The notes beneath the pieces were generated by a model that did not search any database, had not been told where the DNA came from, and saw only the letters and a program-made list of their open reading frames with translations. Of a DNA stretch of 59,539 nt, positions 38,757 through 48,247 are shown in pieces. This DNA comes from a virus (lineage: Duplodnaviria > Caudoviricetes), in IMG/VR virus record IMGVR_UViG_3300042431_000893, positions 1 to 59,539 of that record; one strand, written 5' to 3'. The translations under genes were made by a program, and so were the position numbers. The first letter of the stretch is position 1. Each line of letters opens with the position of its first letter.

Positions 38757-39748
38757 AAATACATTATATAAGTTGTCATTCAATTCTTGAGTATGACGAA
38801 GTGCAGCTTTTAACAGATTTAGGGCATGATGTATTTTCTAACGGAGCATACATAGATCCAAGAGGGCATATTACTTTACCAAGACCTCCAATCTCTGGGG
38901 CTATCTATCACGAAGATTATGCGAAGTTGTCCATTGATTCTCCTAAAACAAATCTCCCTCCAGAGTTAATTGAACCATTTGATGTGATAATCGTTATGCA
39001 TTCTCCAGATGTGATTATTCAAAACTGGGATAAGATAAAACACAAGACAGTTATCTGGAGAACCATTGGACAATCAACAAATGGTGTTGAAGCATCGCTA
39101 GAGCCAATGCGCAAAGAGGGATTGAAAATTATTAGATATTCTCCAAAAGAAAGAAATCTTTCTAACTATATTGGCGAAGATGCTTTGATTAGATTTTATA
39201 AAGATGAGGATGCGTATAGTGGATGGGTTGGTTCTGGTGGGGTTGTAACTTTTGCGCAAAGCCTCAAGGGTCGCAGAACACATTGTCATTACGAAGAAGT
39301 TACTCGTGTAATAACAAAATATAACGGTCTTGTGTATGGTCCCGGCAATGATGATCTAGGTGAATTAAATGGCGGGTCCATTTCTTATTCTAGTCAAATC
39401 CAAAAAATGCAGGAAGCTAGGGTTATGATTTATGGAGGCACAGCCCCAGCCTCATACACATTATCTTTCATTGAAGCATTGATGATGGGTTTACCAATTG
39501 TTGCAATAAGCAAAGAGTTGGCTCATATTATTTATGATTTTGACTTTTATGAAGTTGATGAGATATTGGCTCAAATCGGTGGTTTAGTTTGTGATAATGT
39601 AGACCAAATGTTTCATAAAACAGAAATGATGTTAAATGATATTGATTTTGCAAAAGAAATGAGCAAAAAACAAAGAGCTCTGGCAATTGAAATGTTTGGC
39701 AAAAAGAAAATAATTAAACAATGGGAGGAATTTTTAAATGGAAATTAA
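38753..39748 (+). CDS. GT-B (GT4-like) glycosyltransferase
   Basis: SFIEALMMGLPIV...A.EMFG...I..QW; ATGA overlap start. Confidence 0.75.
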   Translation: MKIHYISCHSILEYDEVQLLTDLGHDVFSNGAYIDPRGHITLPRPPISGAIYHEDYAKLSIDSPKTNLPPELIEPFDVIIVMHSPDVIIQNWDKIKHKTVIWRTIGQSTNGVEASLEPMRKEGLKIIRYSPKERNLSNYIGEDALIRFYKDEDAYSGWVGSGGVVTFAQSLKGRRTHCHYEEVTRVITKYNGLVYGPGNDDLGELNGGSISYSSQIQKMQEARVMIYGGTAPASYTLSFIEALMMGLPIVAISKELAHIIYDFDFYEVDEILAQIGGLVCDNVDQMFHKTEMMLNDIDFAKEMSKKQRALAIEMFGKKKIIKQWEEFLNGN

Positions 39749-40412
39749 AACAATAACTGAGCAGCTTCGTGATCTTGATGGTCAGCTAGTAATACATAAT
39801 GAAGGTGAATGGGGCGGTGGTGATGCAAATTCTAGCGAATACAGTGCTTTTAATGATGCCGGAGTAGAGTGTGAGGTTGGTGAGTTTCTCTATAGCTTTA
39901 TGCGGTTGATTAAACCAAATTTTGTTCTTGAAACAGGGACTCATCAAGGTGTAAGTTCATCGTACATTGGATTTGCGTTAAAAAATAATGGGTTTGGTGT
40001 TTTAGATACTCATGAATTCGCTAAAGAAACATATGACATTGCTAACGCTAGATTTAGTAGATTAGGTTTAACAGAACAAATTTTCTCGCATCTCGGTGAT
40101 GTTGGTGATTTAATTTTAACTAAGCATTATGATTTTATATTTCTAGATACTGAACCTCAAACCAGATTTGCAGAGATGGTTAAGTTCTACCCGAATTTAA
40201 AGGATGGCGGGTATTTATTTATTCACGATCTTCATAGAAATATGCATCAAATTCCTAATGAAGAACATGGCTTTGCTTGGCCTTATGGGAAAATCCCTAA
40301 GGAAATGACTAATTTAGTTTTAAATAAAAAACTTGTTCCATTTCATTTTGAAACTCCAAGAGGTTTGACAATGTTTTATAAGCCTAGGGTTGATGACTAC
40401 GAGTGGACATGA
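39738..40412 (+). CDS. Class I SAM-dependent (O-)methyltransferase
   Basis: VLETGTHQGVSS, DFIFLD, LKDGGYLFIHD. Confidence 0.85.
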   Translation: MEIKTITEQLRDLDGQLVIHNEGEWGGGDANSSEYSAFNDAGVECEVGEFLYSFMRLIKPNFVLETGTHQGVSSSYIGFALKNNGFGVLDTHEFAKETYDIANARFSRLGLTEQIFSHLGDVGDLILTKHYDFIFLDTEPQTRFAEMVKFYPNLKDGGYLFIHDLHRNMHQIPNEEHGFAWPYGKIPKEMTNLVLNKKLVPFHFETPRGLTMFYKPRVDDYEWT

Positions 40413-40413
40413 T

Positions 40414-41436
40414 ATGTCTAGAGCTGCTCTGCTACCCACCCCAGGGGACCCGTTTCTTTTAACTCTTTGGAGTTATTTTTTTAAAAATGTTTGGGGAAAA
40501 GAAATTGATAAATTATATATTTGTATAAATAATATTTTTTTACCTGAATCTACTGAATACATAAAATCTTTATTTAAAGATTGCAGTAATGTAGAAATTG
40601 AATTTATAGATTTAATATCTCATCCTAATGTAGTCGGTGATCATGGAAAAATAATTGCACATATGCTTAACCAAGTTGAAGAAGATTATATACTTCTTAT
40701 TGAGGATGATGGGTTTATTTTTAAACCAGGATATGTTAATGATTATTTTTTAAAACTTGAAAATTATGAATATGATTTAATAGGAAGTAGACGAGGATCT
40801 TGTTCTGATGTTATTATAGAACAATCAAAAATTAAATATAATATAGTTGAGCAAAATGGACACGACAATGGCCCTAATTTTTGGCCATGTTTTTTCTTTA
40901 TAAGAAAAAATATATTTGAATTAACAGACAAAAATTTTTCTGCTAAACTATGGGATAAAAACAGTATTCTTCCTATATTTGAGAAAACTCTTGATACTGA
41001 TTGCGCTGGCGATACTATGGTCTGGATGAGTATGCAATTAAGAAATCTTAATTTAAAAATTGGTGATTGCCCTCAATTTCACGGAAATTTAAGCGATGTG
41101 CTGGATTACGAACTTGGGCTGAACAATTTTAACGGGACTTCATATTGGCTACACGCAGGCAGTCTATCAAGCGGAATTGGTGGGTTTTTAAGCGATAAAG
41201 ATCTAATTAATTATTGTAATACAGATGAAGAAAAAATGGAAATTGAGAGAAGAATTTGTTTTTGGTCTTTAGGTTTAGATTCATATTTTAAAGAATCATC
41301 AAGCCAAAATAAAATTGATAAAATTGCATTTCAATACCAAAGTTGGCTACAAAGATTAGTTAAGCATTATCAATTATCAGACAGTAGAATTGATTATTCT
41401 AAAAAAATGTATGCGGAGCTACTTGAATGGACGTAA
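40414..41436 (+). CDS. GT-A-like glycosyltransferase
   Basis: DHG...YILLIEDDGFI (DxD-like); operon context. Confidence 0.55.
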   Translation: MSRAALLPTPGDPFLLTLWSYFFKNVWGKEIDKLYICINNIFLPESTEYIKSLFKDCSNVEIEFIDLISHPNVVGDHGKIIAHMLNQVEEDYILLIEDDGFIFKPGYVNDYFLKLENYEYDLIGSRRGSCSDVIIEQSKIKYNIVEQNGHDNGPNFWPCFFFIRKNIFELTDKNFSAKLWDKNSILPIFEKTLDTDCAGDTMVWMSMQLRNLNLKIGDCPQFHGNLSDVLDYELGLNNFNGTSYWLHAGSLSSGIGGFLSDKDLINYCNTDEEKMEIERRICFWSLGLDSYFKESSSQNKIDKIAFQYQSWLQRLVKHYQLSDSRIDYSKKMYAELLEWT

Positions 41437-42164
41437 TCATTTCATGGCCTGATTCTGTTGATTACCCAAATTGGCGGTCATTCATTAAAAAAAATAGACA
41501 AAGGTTTAACAATGTATTTGTTGCTTTTACAGTAACCAACTCTGGGACAGATTATACTAATTTTATATCTTCATCAATGAGTGATGACAATATAACATTC
41601 TTATATCCACCACACAATTCGCCATTGACTAGTAGCCATTTTGAAGACTGGAGAAATAGATCGGTCAATCAAGCGCTTGATTTAAGCAAATCAGAGTGGG
41701 TGTGGTTTACTGAGCAAGATTTTATTATAAAAGACGATGATGAATTCTGGTTAAATATTTATTCTTTAATGAAAGAATTTGATGCAATCGGTTATCGTGA
41801 AGGTCAAGGTAGTGGATTAGACATGTCAAGGTATCACCCCGCTTGTCTTTTTGTCAAAAGACAAATTATTGACAAAACTAATAGGTATTTCGGAATAGTT
41901 CCTGATGTCTCAGACCATTTTGCTGTTTTTTCTCAACAAATTAATTTGCAAAATTGTAAAGTATCATTGCTTGATAAAAATAATTTTACTCATATGAATG
42001 GCCTCTCTCATAATTTTAATTTAATGCAACGCGGCGAAAAGATTGTATATTACCCATTGGATTTTCAATTATATTTAAAAGATTGTCTTTTGCTAAATGA
42101 TGTAGAAATAAATGATGATTACAAAAAGATAATTATTGAGCGATATCCGGATTTAATGCAATGA
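41427..42164 (+). CDS. GT-A-like glycosyltransferase
   Basis: NQAL...SEWVWFTEQDFII...HPACLFVKR. Confidence 0.55.
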   Translation: MDVIISWPDSVDYPNWRSFIKKNRQRFNNVFVAFTVTNSGTDYTNFISSSMSDDNITFLYPPHNSPLTSSHFEDWRNRSVNQALDLSKSEWVWFTEQDFIIKDDDEFWLNIYSLMKEFDAIGYREGQGSGLDMSRYHPACLFVKRQIIDKTNRYFGIVPDVSDHFAVFSQQINLQNCKVSLLDKNNFTHMNGLSHNFNLMQRGEKIVYYPLDFQLYLKDCLLLNDVEINDDYKKIIIERYPDLMQ

Positions 42165-43210
42165 GTGAAATTAATGTTTTTTGTGACTTTCATCATCAAA
42201 GTTTATTGAGATCATTTGTGCTTTTGTTTGAAAATCGCTTGGGGATGAATCTTTATAGACCAATAGGTATGGATTGGTATTATAATAAATATTGGGATTT
42301 AAATGGTCTTGAAGTTACTGCTCATCAATTTCTTAATACTTCCTATCTTGAAAATATAGATGGAAGTCGTTATGTAAATGATTCTATTAGTTTAGAAAAT
42401 GGTGTACATATAATTCTAGACCCCGGCAATACCACTACCCATAAGGCAATTGAGTTTAATACTTTTATTGAAAAAAAATTTGATTTCATTATTGCGTCAG
42501 TCCCATCCAATATTCCATTATTTCAAAATCTTATTCGGGAATACCAGCCTAATGCTAAATTAATAGTTCAGATGGGAAATAATTGGGGAGAATCTTTTGC
42601 GGATGGCCATAATCTTTTAGCGTCAATAAAAGACACTGGTTGGAAAAATACTAATGCTGTATATTATCATCAAGAATTTGATATTAATATTTATAAACCA
42701 ATTGATGAATTTGGTTTTAATAAAATAAGTTCATATATAAATGTTATAGAAAATAATAGAGGTTGGGAAGACTTTGTTCATTTAGAAAAATTATTAAAAC
42801 CACATGGAATTGATTTTAAAAGTTACGGTGGCCAATGTCGTGATGGCGGATTTAATTCTGGGACAACGGCATTGTCGGAATCAATGCAAAAAAATGATTT
42901 TATTTTTCATGTTAAACACGGTGGCGATGGTTATGGTCATGTATTATATAACGCATATGCCTGCGGTAAGCCAACAATAATTCGCAGCTCTTACTATAAA
43001 GATTGCCTTGGTGAAGAATTGTTTAATGATGATAACTGTATTGATTTAGACAAGATGGACTTTGATGACGCTATGAATAAAATTGTAGATGTAATCAATG
43101 ATATTGATCAATTAAAAACTATGTCGGGTAATGCTTACAGAGCTTTTACTAATGCAGTTAATTTTGAGCAAGACGCAGAAAAGGTAAAAAATTGGCTTGC
43201 AAATTTGTAG
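42161..43210 (+). CDS. GT-B-like glycosyltransferase
   Basis: HVKHGGDGYGHVLYNAYACGKPTI. Confidence 0.65.
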   Translation: MSEINVFCDFHHQSLLRSFVLLFENRLGMNLYRPIGMDWYYNKYWDLNGLEVTAHQFLNTSYLENIDGSRYVNDSISLENGVHIILDPGNTTTHKAIEFNTFIEKKFDFIIASVPSNIPLFQNLIREYQPNAKLIVQMGNNWGESFADGHNLLASIKDTGWKNTNAVYYHQEFDINIYKPIDEFGFNKISSYINVIENNRGWEDFVHLEKLLKPHGIDFKSYGGQCRDGGFNSGTTALSESMQKNDFIFHVKHGGDGYGHVLYNAYACGKPTIIRSSYYKDCLGEELFNDDNCIDLDKMDFDDAMNKIVDVINDIDQLKTMSGNAYRAFTNAVNFEQDAEKVKNWLANL

Positions 43211-43280
43211 TTTTTAGTGCAAAACTTGCAACACAAGTGTGTTATGATTGTATCAAATATTTAACAGAGCAGGAGAATAA

Positions 43281-44195
43281 ATGCTAATTGTAGATAAACG
43301 CAAGGGCGATACGATGCCAGTTCATGAAGTAATACCTACGCCGAGTGTGGGGTTGAACAGAGCTTTGAACGGAGGTCTTAATTCTGGTGCTACTCATTTA
43401 TTTTGGGGGACACCTTCTGTTGGTAAAACAACAATGTGTTTTAGAATTATTGCTGAGGCTCAAAAGATGGGATACCGGCCAGTTATTGTGGATTCAGAAT
43501 CATCGTACAATGATGAATACGCAAAAAAATGCGGTATTAATATTGACGATGTAGTAATTGTTCAATCAACAGTTGTTGAAGACATTATGAAAAATATTAT
43601 TGGATATCTTAGTGATGATAAAGAAAAACATATTTTCTTGTTTGATTCACTATCTAATATTGTTAAAGAAGAATTTTATGATAAGCCGGAAAGCGGTAAA
43701 GCAATGGGTTTATCTGCTCGCTCTCAAGGTTATTTCTTGCAGAAGTTAGTGAACTACCTACACAAAGAGCGTAACATTATGTTATTTGTTGCCCATCAAA
43801 CAGTTGACTTGAGTGGTATGTATGCAATCACTAAAGCAAAGATGGGTAATACAGTTCACCACAATATGTCTAATATTGTTAAACTCTTTTTGTCCATGTC
43901 TAAAGGCGAGATGGAGAGAGAAGAAAATAATATGATCACAAGTCAAAAAGCAACATGGACTGTTGAAAAAACAAAACAATGCCCTACTATCGGTAGCACT
44001 GGTTACTATTATGTTTTGCCGCAGGAAGGTCAGATTGATACAAAACGAGAGCTAATTGATATTGCTATTGGGATGGATATTATTCAGCGTAAAGGTGCAT
44101 GGTATACTTACAAAGAAAGTAAGTGGAATGGTCTTTCAAGTATTGAATTGTCAGCAAAAGAAATAGCCGAGCTGGAGAAAGCGATTCGGGCATAA
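43281..44195 (+). CDS. recA: RecA/UvsX-like recombinase
   Basis: TPSVGLNRALNGG, GTPSVGKTT, DSE, FDSL, IQRKGAWY. Confidence 0.9.
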   Translation: MLIVDKRKGDTMPVHEVIPTPSVGLNRALNGGLNSGATHLFWGTPSVGKTTMCFRIIAEAQKMGYRPVIVDSESSYNDEYAKKCGINIDDVVIVQSTVVEDIMKNIIGYLSDDKEKHIFLFDSLSNIVKEEFYDKPESGKAMGLSARSQGYFLQKLVNYLHKERNIMLFVAHQTVDLSGMYAITKAKMGNTVHHNMSNIVKLFLSMSKGEMEREENNMITSQKATWTVEKTKQCPTIGSTGYYYVLPQEGQIDTKRELIDIAIGMDIIQRKGAWYTYKESKWNGLSSIELSAKEIAELEKAIRA

Positions 44196-44495
44196 GTGAA
44201 AAGAACTGAGAAAGAAGAAATCAAGAAAGACAAAGCCAAGGCGGTCAAAAACTCTGGTCGTGGTCTTAAAAAAGGCGATGCTTCTTTGAACAAATTCTTA
44301 GTTGACTACAAGCATAACGAAAAAAGTTTTACTCTAAATCTTATAAATTGGAAAAAGATGCGTAAAGATGCTTGGAATTCTAATTATAAATATCCATGCA
44401 TTTCTGTAGTTTTAGGTAGCGATTCAGAATCTAAAGTTGCTATCATTGACTGGGAAGTATTTAGAGAGCTAGTGAAAGGCACTGAGTATGAGTAA
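44196..44495 (+). CDS. Small PD-(D/E)xK nuclease/Holliday junction resolvase-like protein
   Basis: NSGRG..KGD...VDYK. Confidence 0.6.
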   Translation: MKRTEKEEIKKDKAKAVKNSGRGLKKGDASLNKFLVDYKHNEKSFTLNLINWKKMRKDAWNSNYKYPCISVVLGSDSESKVAIIDWEVFRELVKGTEYE

Positions 44496-45858
44496 TACAT
44501 TTGGTTCACTTTTTGCAGGAGTTGGTGGTTTTGATTTAGGCATGGAGAGTGCCGGTTGGAATTGCGAATGGCAAGTGGAGTGGGATAAACATTGTCAATC
44601 AGTATTGCGAAAGCATTGGCCAACTGTTCCTAAGTATTTTGATATTAGAGATGTTGATGGTTCTAAATTAACCCCAGTTGACTGTATTGTTTTTGGCAGC
44701 CCATGCCAAGATTTATCAGTAGCAGGTAAAGGTGGAGGTTTAGAAGGTTCAAGATCAGGGTTATTTCACGAAGCAATTAGAATTATCAAGGAGATGAGAG
44801 ATGCAACTAGAAATGAATTTCCAAAATGGACAATCTGGGAAAATGTCCCAGGAGCCCTCAGCAGTAATAAAGGAAACGACTTCGCAAAAGTCATTGACGA
44901 AATGGCAAACATCGGGGCATTGGCGATTGAATGGCACATCTTGGATGCACAATGGTACGGAGTCGCCCAAAGAAGAAGGCGTATCTATATGCTTGCTTGC
45001 TACGATCCTGGAACCGTTGCAAGATGTCCCGAGCAAATATTACCTGTCCCCAAAGACAGCAAGGGGTATATTAAACAGAGCAGGAAAAAAGGGAAACGAG
45101 CTTCCGAAGCGGTTGCGTCAATCCTTGGAAAACCTAGCGTCTATGGTGAAACCGGACACGGAAAGTGGACAGAAGGCGGAGTAAGTATTCGGGCTACAGA
45201 CTACAAGCGCCCTGAGGCAAATATTGTCGCAGAAGACCCAATATCTTTTCATGCAAAACAAGACCCAATTTCTTCTGAAAATGTTTCTCAAACATTGTAT
45301 GGTCAAAACGGAATTGCAGTAGCAGTTCCTGGTCCAATCATTGTTGATGGCACAAGAACAAATGATATTCGTATTTACGAAGACCAAATCACCCCAACTT
45401 TAAAACACAGAATGGGGACAGGTGGTGGACAAGTACCTTTGGTGGGATTAGAAAATCCTGTATTGGCTTATGACGGATACAATAATGCCATAAGCGAAGA
45501 TGTATACAGAACATTGAGAATTGGTATTGATTCAGCAGACCATATTGCTATTCCAATTCAAGGAACAATTATTGGTCGCTCAGATAAAGCCGGCCCGCAA
45601 GGCAAAGGATTTGGTAATGAAAATGACCCATCTTATACTCTTGATACGATTTCGCAGCATGGTGTAATGACTTCTGATTTACTTTTAAGAAAATTAACTC
45701 CGATGGAGTGCGAAAGATTAATGGGGTTTCCTGACAATCACACTAAGTATGATGATGAAGGTAAAATAATTGCAGATACAAATAGATACAAGATGTGCGG
45801 GAACGCAGTTGCATCACCTGTTGCTAAATGGATTGGAGAAATAATTAAAAATGTTTAA
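44488..45858 (+). CDS. dcm: C5-cytosine DNA methyltransferase
   Basis: LFAGVGG, GSPCQD, ENV, QRRRR, RKLTPMECERLMGFPD, GNAV. Confidence 0.95.
   Translation: MSNTFGSLFAGVGGFDLGMESAGWNCEWQVEWDKHCQSVLRKHWPTVPKYFDIRDVDGSKLTPVDCIVFGSPCQDLSVAGKGGGLEGSRSGLFHEAIRIIKEMRDATRNEFPKWTIWENVPGALSSNKGNDFAKVIDEMANIGALAIEWHILDAQWYGVAQRRRRIYMLACYDPGTVARCPEQILPVPKDSKGYIKQSRKKGKRASEAVASILGKPSVYGETGHGKWTEGGVSIRATDYKRPEANIVAEDPISFHAKQDPISSENVSQTLYGQNGIAVAVPGPIIVDGTRTNDIRIYEDQITPTLKHRMGTGGGQVPLVGLENPVLAYDGYNNAISEDVYRTLRIGIDSADHIAIPIQGTIIGRSDKAGPQGKGFGNENDPSYTLDTISQHGVMTSDLLLRKLTPMECERLMGFPDNHTKYDDEGKIIADTNRYKMCGNAVASPVAKWIGEIIKNV
44801..45184 (+). CDS. Overlapping alternative-frame methyltransferase beta subunit (M.EcoHK31I-beta-like)
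   Basis: Fully nested ORF with AGGAG upstream; LATILE...VPSKYYLSPKTARGILNRAGKKGNELPKRL. Confidence 0.75.
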   Translation: MQLEMNFQNGQSGKMSQEPSAVIKETTSQKSLTKWQTSGHWRLNGTSWMHNGTESPKEEGVSICLLATILEPLQDVPSKYYLSPKTARGILNRAGKKGNELPKRLRQSLENLASMVKPDTESGQKAE

Positions 45859-46036
45859 AGGAAAATATCGTTTTTTTTGTGATAAACTATCTCATTGGAG
45901 AGCTTTTGGTGTTAGTTACAACTGGGATGATGGATATTATTTTGGTATTTATGTTTATAAATATCTTGTTGGAATCCAAAAACCATGCATTAAACAAGCA
46001 GTTGTTAAGACAGAAGATTTAAGAAAGGATCTGTAA
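45851..46036 (+). CDS. Hypothetical protein
   Basis: 61 aa; overlaps both neighbours. Confidence 0.55.
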   Translation: MFKGKYRFFCDKLSHWRAFGVSYNWDDGYYFGIYVYKYLVGIQKPCIKQAVVKTEDLRKDL

Positions 46037-46353
46037 TGGCAGATATTATTGTAAGTAAAGAAATGATTACATCAATGATGGGGGATAAAGCACAGGAGTT
46101 CCTAGAGTGCTTGCGTATTGTAGAAGATATTGTCCAAAACCCAGAACACTATGTTGGCATGCAAGCAATTAAATCAGCAAATCTTCTTGCTGGCTACAGA
46201 ACACTAATGATTGTGAAATCACAAGTTTTTAAAAGAAAATCAGCCGTTATGGGCGATCAAGACAAGTTTGTTAATGATATATGGAAAACTATGTATGAAG
46301 CATTGGCAGAGAATATAAACACACTCAAATTAGCAGCAAAGGTAATTCAATGA
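46036..46353 (+). CDS. Hypothetical helical protein
   Basis: 105 aa; AAGGA RBS; TAATG overlap. Confidence 0.65.
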   Translation: MADIIVSKEMITSMMGDKAQEFLECLRIVEDIVQNPEHYVGMQAIKSANLLAGYRTLMIVKSQVFKRKSAVMGDQDKFVNDIWKTMYEALAENINTLKLAAKVIQ

Positions 46354-47090
46354 AATCATTAAGACAGCTTCAGACCCCTAAAAAAACTTTTGAAGAAACT
46401 CCGGTTCAACTTCGCAAAAGTATAGTTGAAGAAATTGATAATCACTTGTCATTAAGAAATGTTTCAAAATTCAAGCAGGTGCAGGGTTTTCACCCTAGTT
46501 ATACCAATCAATGCGCTAGATATTGGTATTACCTATTCAATGGAGTAGATGTAACAACATCGTTTTCTTCTCAGACTTATCGTATATTTGATAATGGTCA
46601 TGCGGTCCATGATCGTCTTTATAGTTATTTTAGGGAAATGGGTGTGCTTGTCGCAGAAGAAATCCCAGTAAAATACGATTCTCCACCAATTGAGGGCACA
46701 GCAGATGGTATTATAGATTGGGATGGAAATAAACTTATTGAACTAAAATCAATTAGTTCAGAAGGTTTTCATTACCGACAGCTGCATAACAAACCCAAAG
46801 ACGAACATTACCGGCAAGCCCAAATTTACATGGAATGCTTAAACCTAGATTCTGGTTATGTTATTTATGAAAATAAAAACAACCAAGAAATCTTACCTAT
46901 TTATATTGAAAAAGATTCTAAATTTATTGAAAAATTATTTAAGAAATATACCAGGATTTACCATGATTATGTAAATGGTGATATACCTGAACAGCCATAC
47001 AAGAGAACATCAGCTAACTGTAATTCTTGCGATTTGGTTGAATTATGTTGGTCCAACAATGAAAAAGTACGAAAAGAAGATATGTTCTAA
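46350..47090 (+). CDS. Cas4-like PD-(D/E)xK exonuclease
   Basis: HPS....CAR, G..VH, GTADG, ELKS, QAQIYM, CNSC....C. Confidence 0.85.
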   Translation: MKSLRQLQTPKKTFEETPVQLRKSIVEEIDNHLSLRNVSKFKQVQGFHPSYTNQCARYWYYLFNGVDVTTSFSSQTYRIFDNGHAVHDRLYSYFREMGVLVAEEIPVKYDSPPIEGTADGIIDWDGNKLIELKSISSEGFHYRQLHNKPKDEHYRQAQIYMECLNLDSGYVIYENKNNQEILPIYIEKDSKFIEKLFKKYTRIYHDYVNGDIPEQPYKRTSANCNSCDLVELCWSNNEKVRKEDMF

Positions 47091-47367
47091 TATAGAATGT
47101 AAAAAAAAATTTGAGGCAAAGGTTTATAATGCTATTTACTGTTCACAAGAATGTAGAAGAACAGTAACCAATAAAAATTTATTAAACAATTATTATGAGA
47201 AAAAAAGAAACAAACATAAAAAAAGAATTTGTGCTGTTAAAATTTGCACTACAGTTTTATCTTCTTATAATAAAGAAAACATTTGCGAATTATGTAAACA
47301 AAAAAGATTTGCAGAAAGATTAATTTCCTGGGGTTGGGAAGAATCTGACGCTAAAAGAAATTTATGA
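47059..47367 (+). CDS. Cys-rich zinc-finger protein
   Basis: C....C...YCSQEC...C....C...CELC. Confidence 0.6.
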   Translation: MKKYEKKICSNIECKKKFEAKVYNAIYCSQECRRTVTNKNLLNNYYEKKRNKHKKRICAVKICTTVLSSYNKENICELCKQKRFAERLISWGWEESDAKRNL

Positions 47368-47954
47368 GCGTCAAAAAAATTGTGAATGCAATCAAAGTAA
47401 AAAGGGTTCTTTCAATGGACCCTTCATCAAATTCTTTAGCTTGGGTTATTTTTGATCATACTGCAAATGGTATATCAATGGTTGCTTGCGGTAAAATTAA
47501 CTTTAGAGAAACAAAAGAAATTTCTTTAAAGTTTAAAACTATAAACAAAGAACTTAAAGAAATACACAAGCAGTATGGTGCAGAAATTGCAGTTATTGAA
47601 CAATCAATATATGTTCAAAATTTTGAATCAAGCAGAATTATTTCTTATATCATAGGATACTCGTGGGGCGTGTTAAGTAGTTTTGGTGTTGAAATGATGG
47701 ATATAAACCCTTTAATTTGGAAAAACAAAATTGGTTATAAGAATATAAGCGCAACTGATAAGAACAACATTGACAAAAACGGGGAAAAAGGCTCTTTGCA
47801 AGCTAAATTAAAGAAAGAAAGAAAGAGTAGAGTTCGTGAAATTGTTAAAACATATTTTACAAATCACGCAGATTCACTTGAAGATGATGATATCATAGAC
47901 GCAGCGGGTATCGGAGTCTGGTATTCGTTAAAACTTCAAAAGGATTATTCATGA
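47364..47954 (+). CDS. ruvC: RuvC-like resolvase
   Basis: LSMDPSS, AVIEQ, WK..IG, DDIIDA. Confidence 0.8.
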   Translation: MSVKKIVNAIKVKRVLSMDPSSNSLAWVIFDHTANGISMVACGKINFRETKEISLKFKTINKELKEIHKQYGAEIAVIEQSIYVQNFESSRIISYIIGYSWGVLSSFGVEMMDINPLIWKNKIGYKNISATDKNNIDKNGEKGSLQAKLKKERKSRVREIVKTYFTNHADSLEDDDIIDAAGIGVWYSLKLQKDYS

Positions 47955-48247
47955 CATCTGAGCCGTATAAAGATAAAGCTTTTTTGTACGAAATGTATGT
48001 TAAAAGAAGGATGAATCTTACTGACATCTGTAAGCATTTAGAAAATAGTTTTAATATAAAAGTTACTCCACAAGCTGTTTATAACTGGGTTAAGAAATAC
48101 GATCTTTTAAAATTTAGAGGAAAAGGTCGCAACTTGTCTACCGGAGGCTCAACAAGAGCAAAGCCGCCTGCGTTAATTGCGGCAGAAAAACGAAATAGAG
48201 AAATCAAAAAAAGAAATACTCAACGAATTAGAAAGAAGGGTCCATGA
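47951..48247 (+). CDS. HTH DNA-binding protein
   Basis: DKAFLYEMYV...DIC...VTPQAVYNWVKKY; basic tail. Confidence 0.65.
   Translation: MTSEPYKDKAFLYEMYVKRRMNLTDICKHLENSFNIKVTPQAVYNWVKKYDLLKFRGKGRNLSTGGSTRAKPPALIAAEKRNREIKKRNTQRIRKKGP

Noticed and set aside
46350-47090. Cas4 as evidence of CRISPR-Cas
   Set aside because: Solo Cas4-like nucleases are common in phage recombination modules; no cas1, cas2 or array is present.
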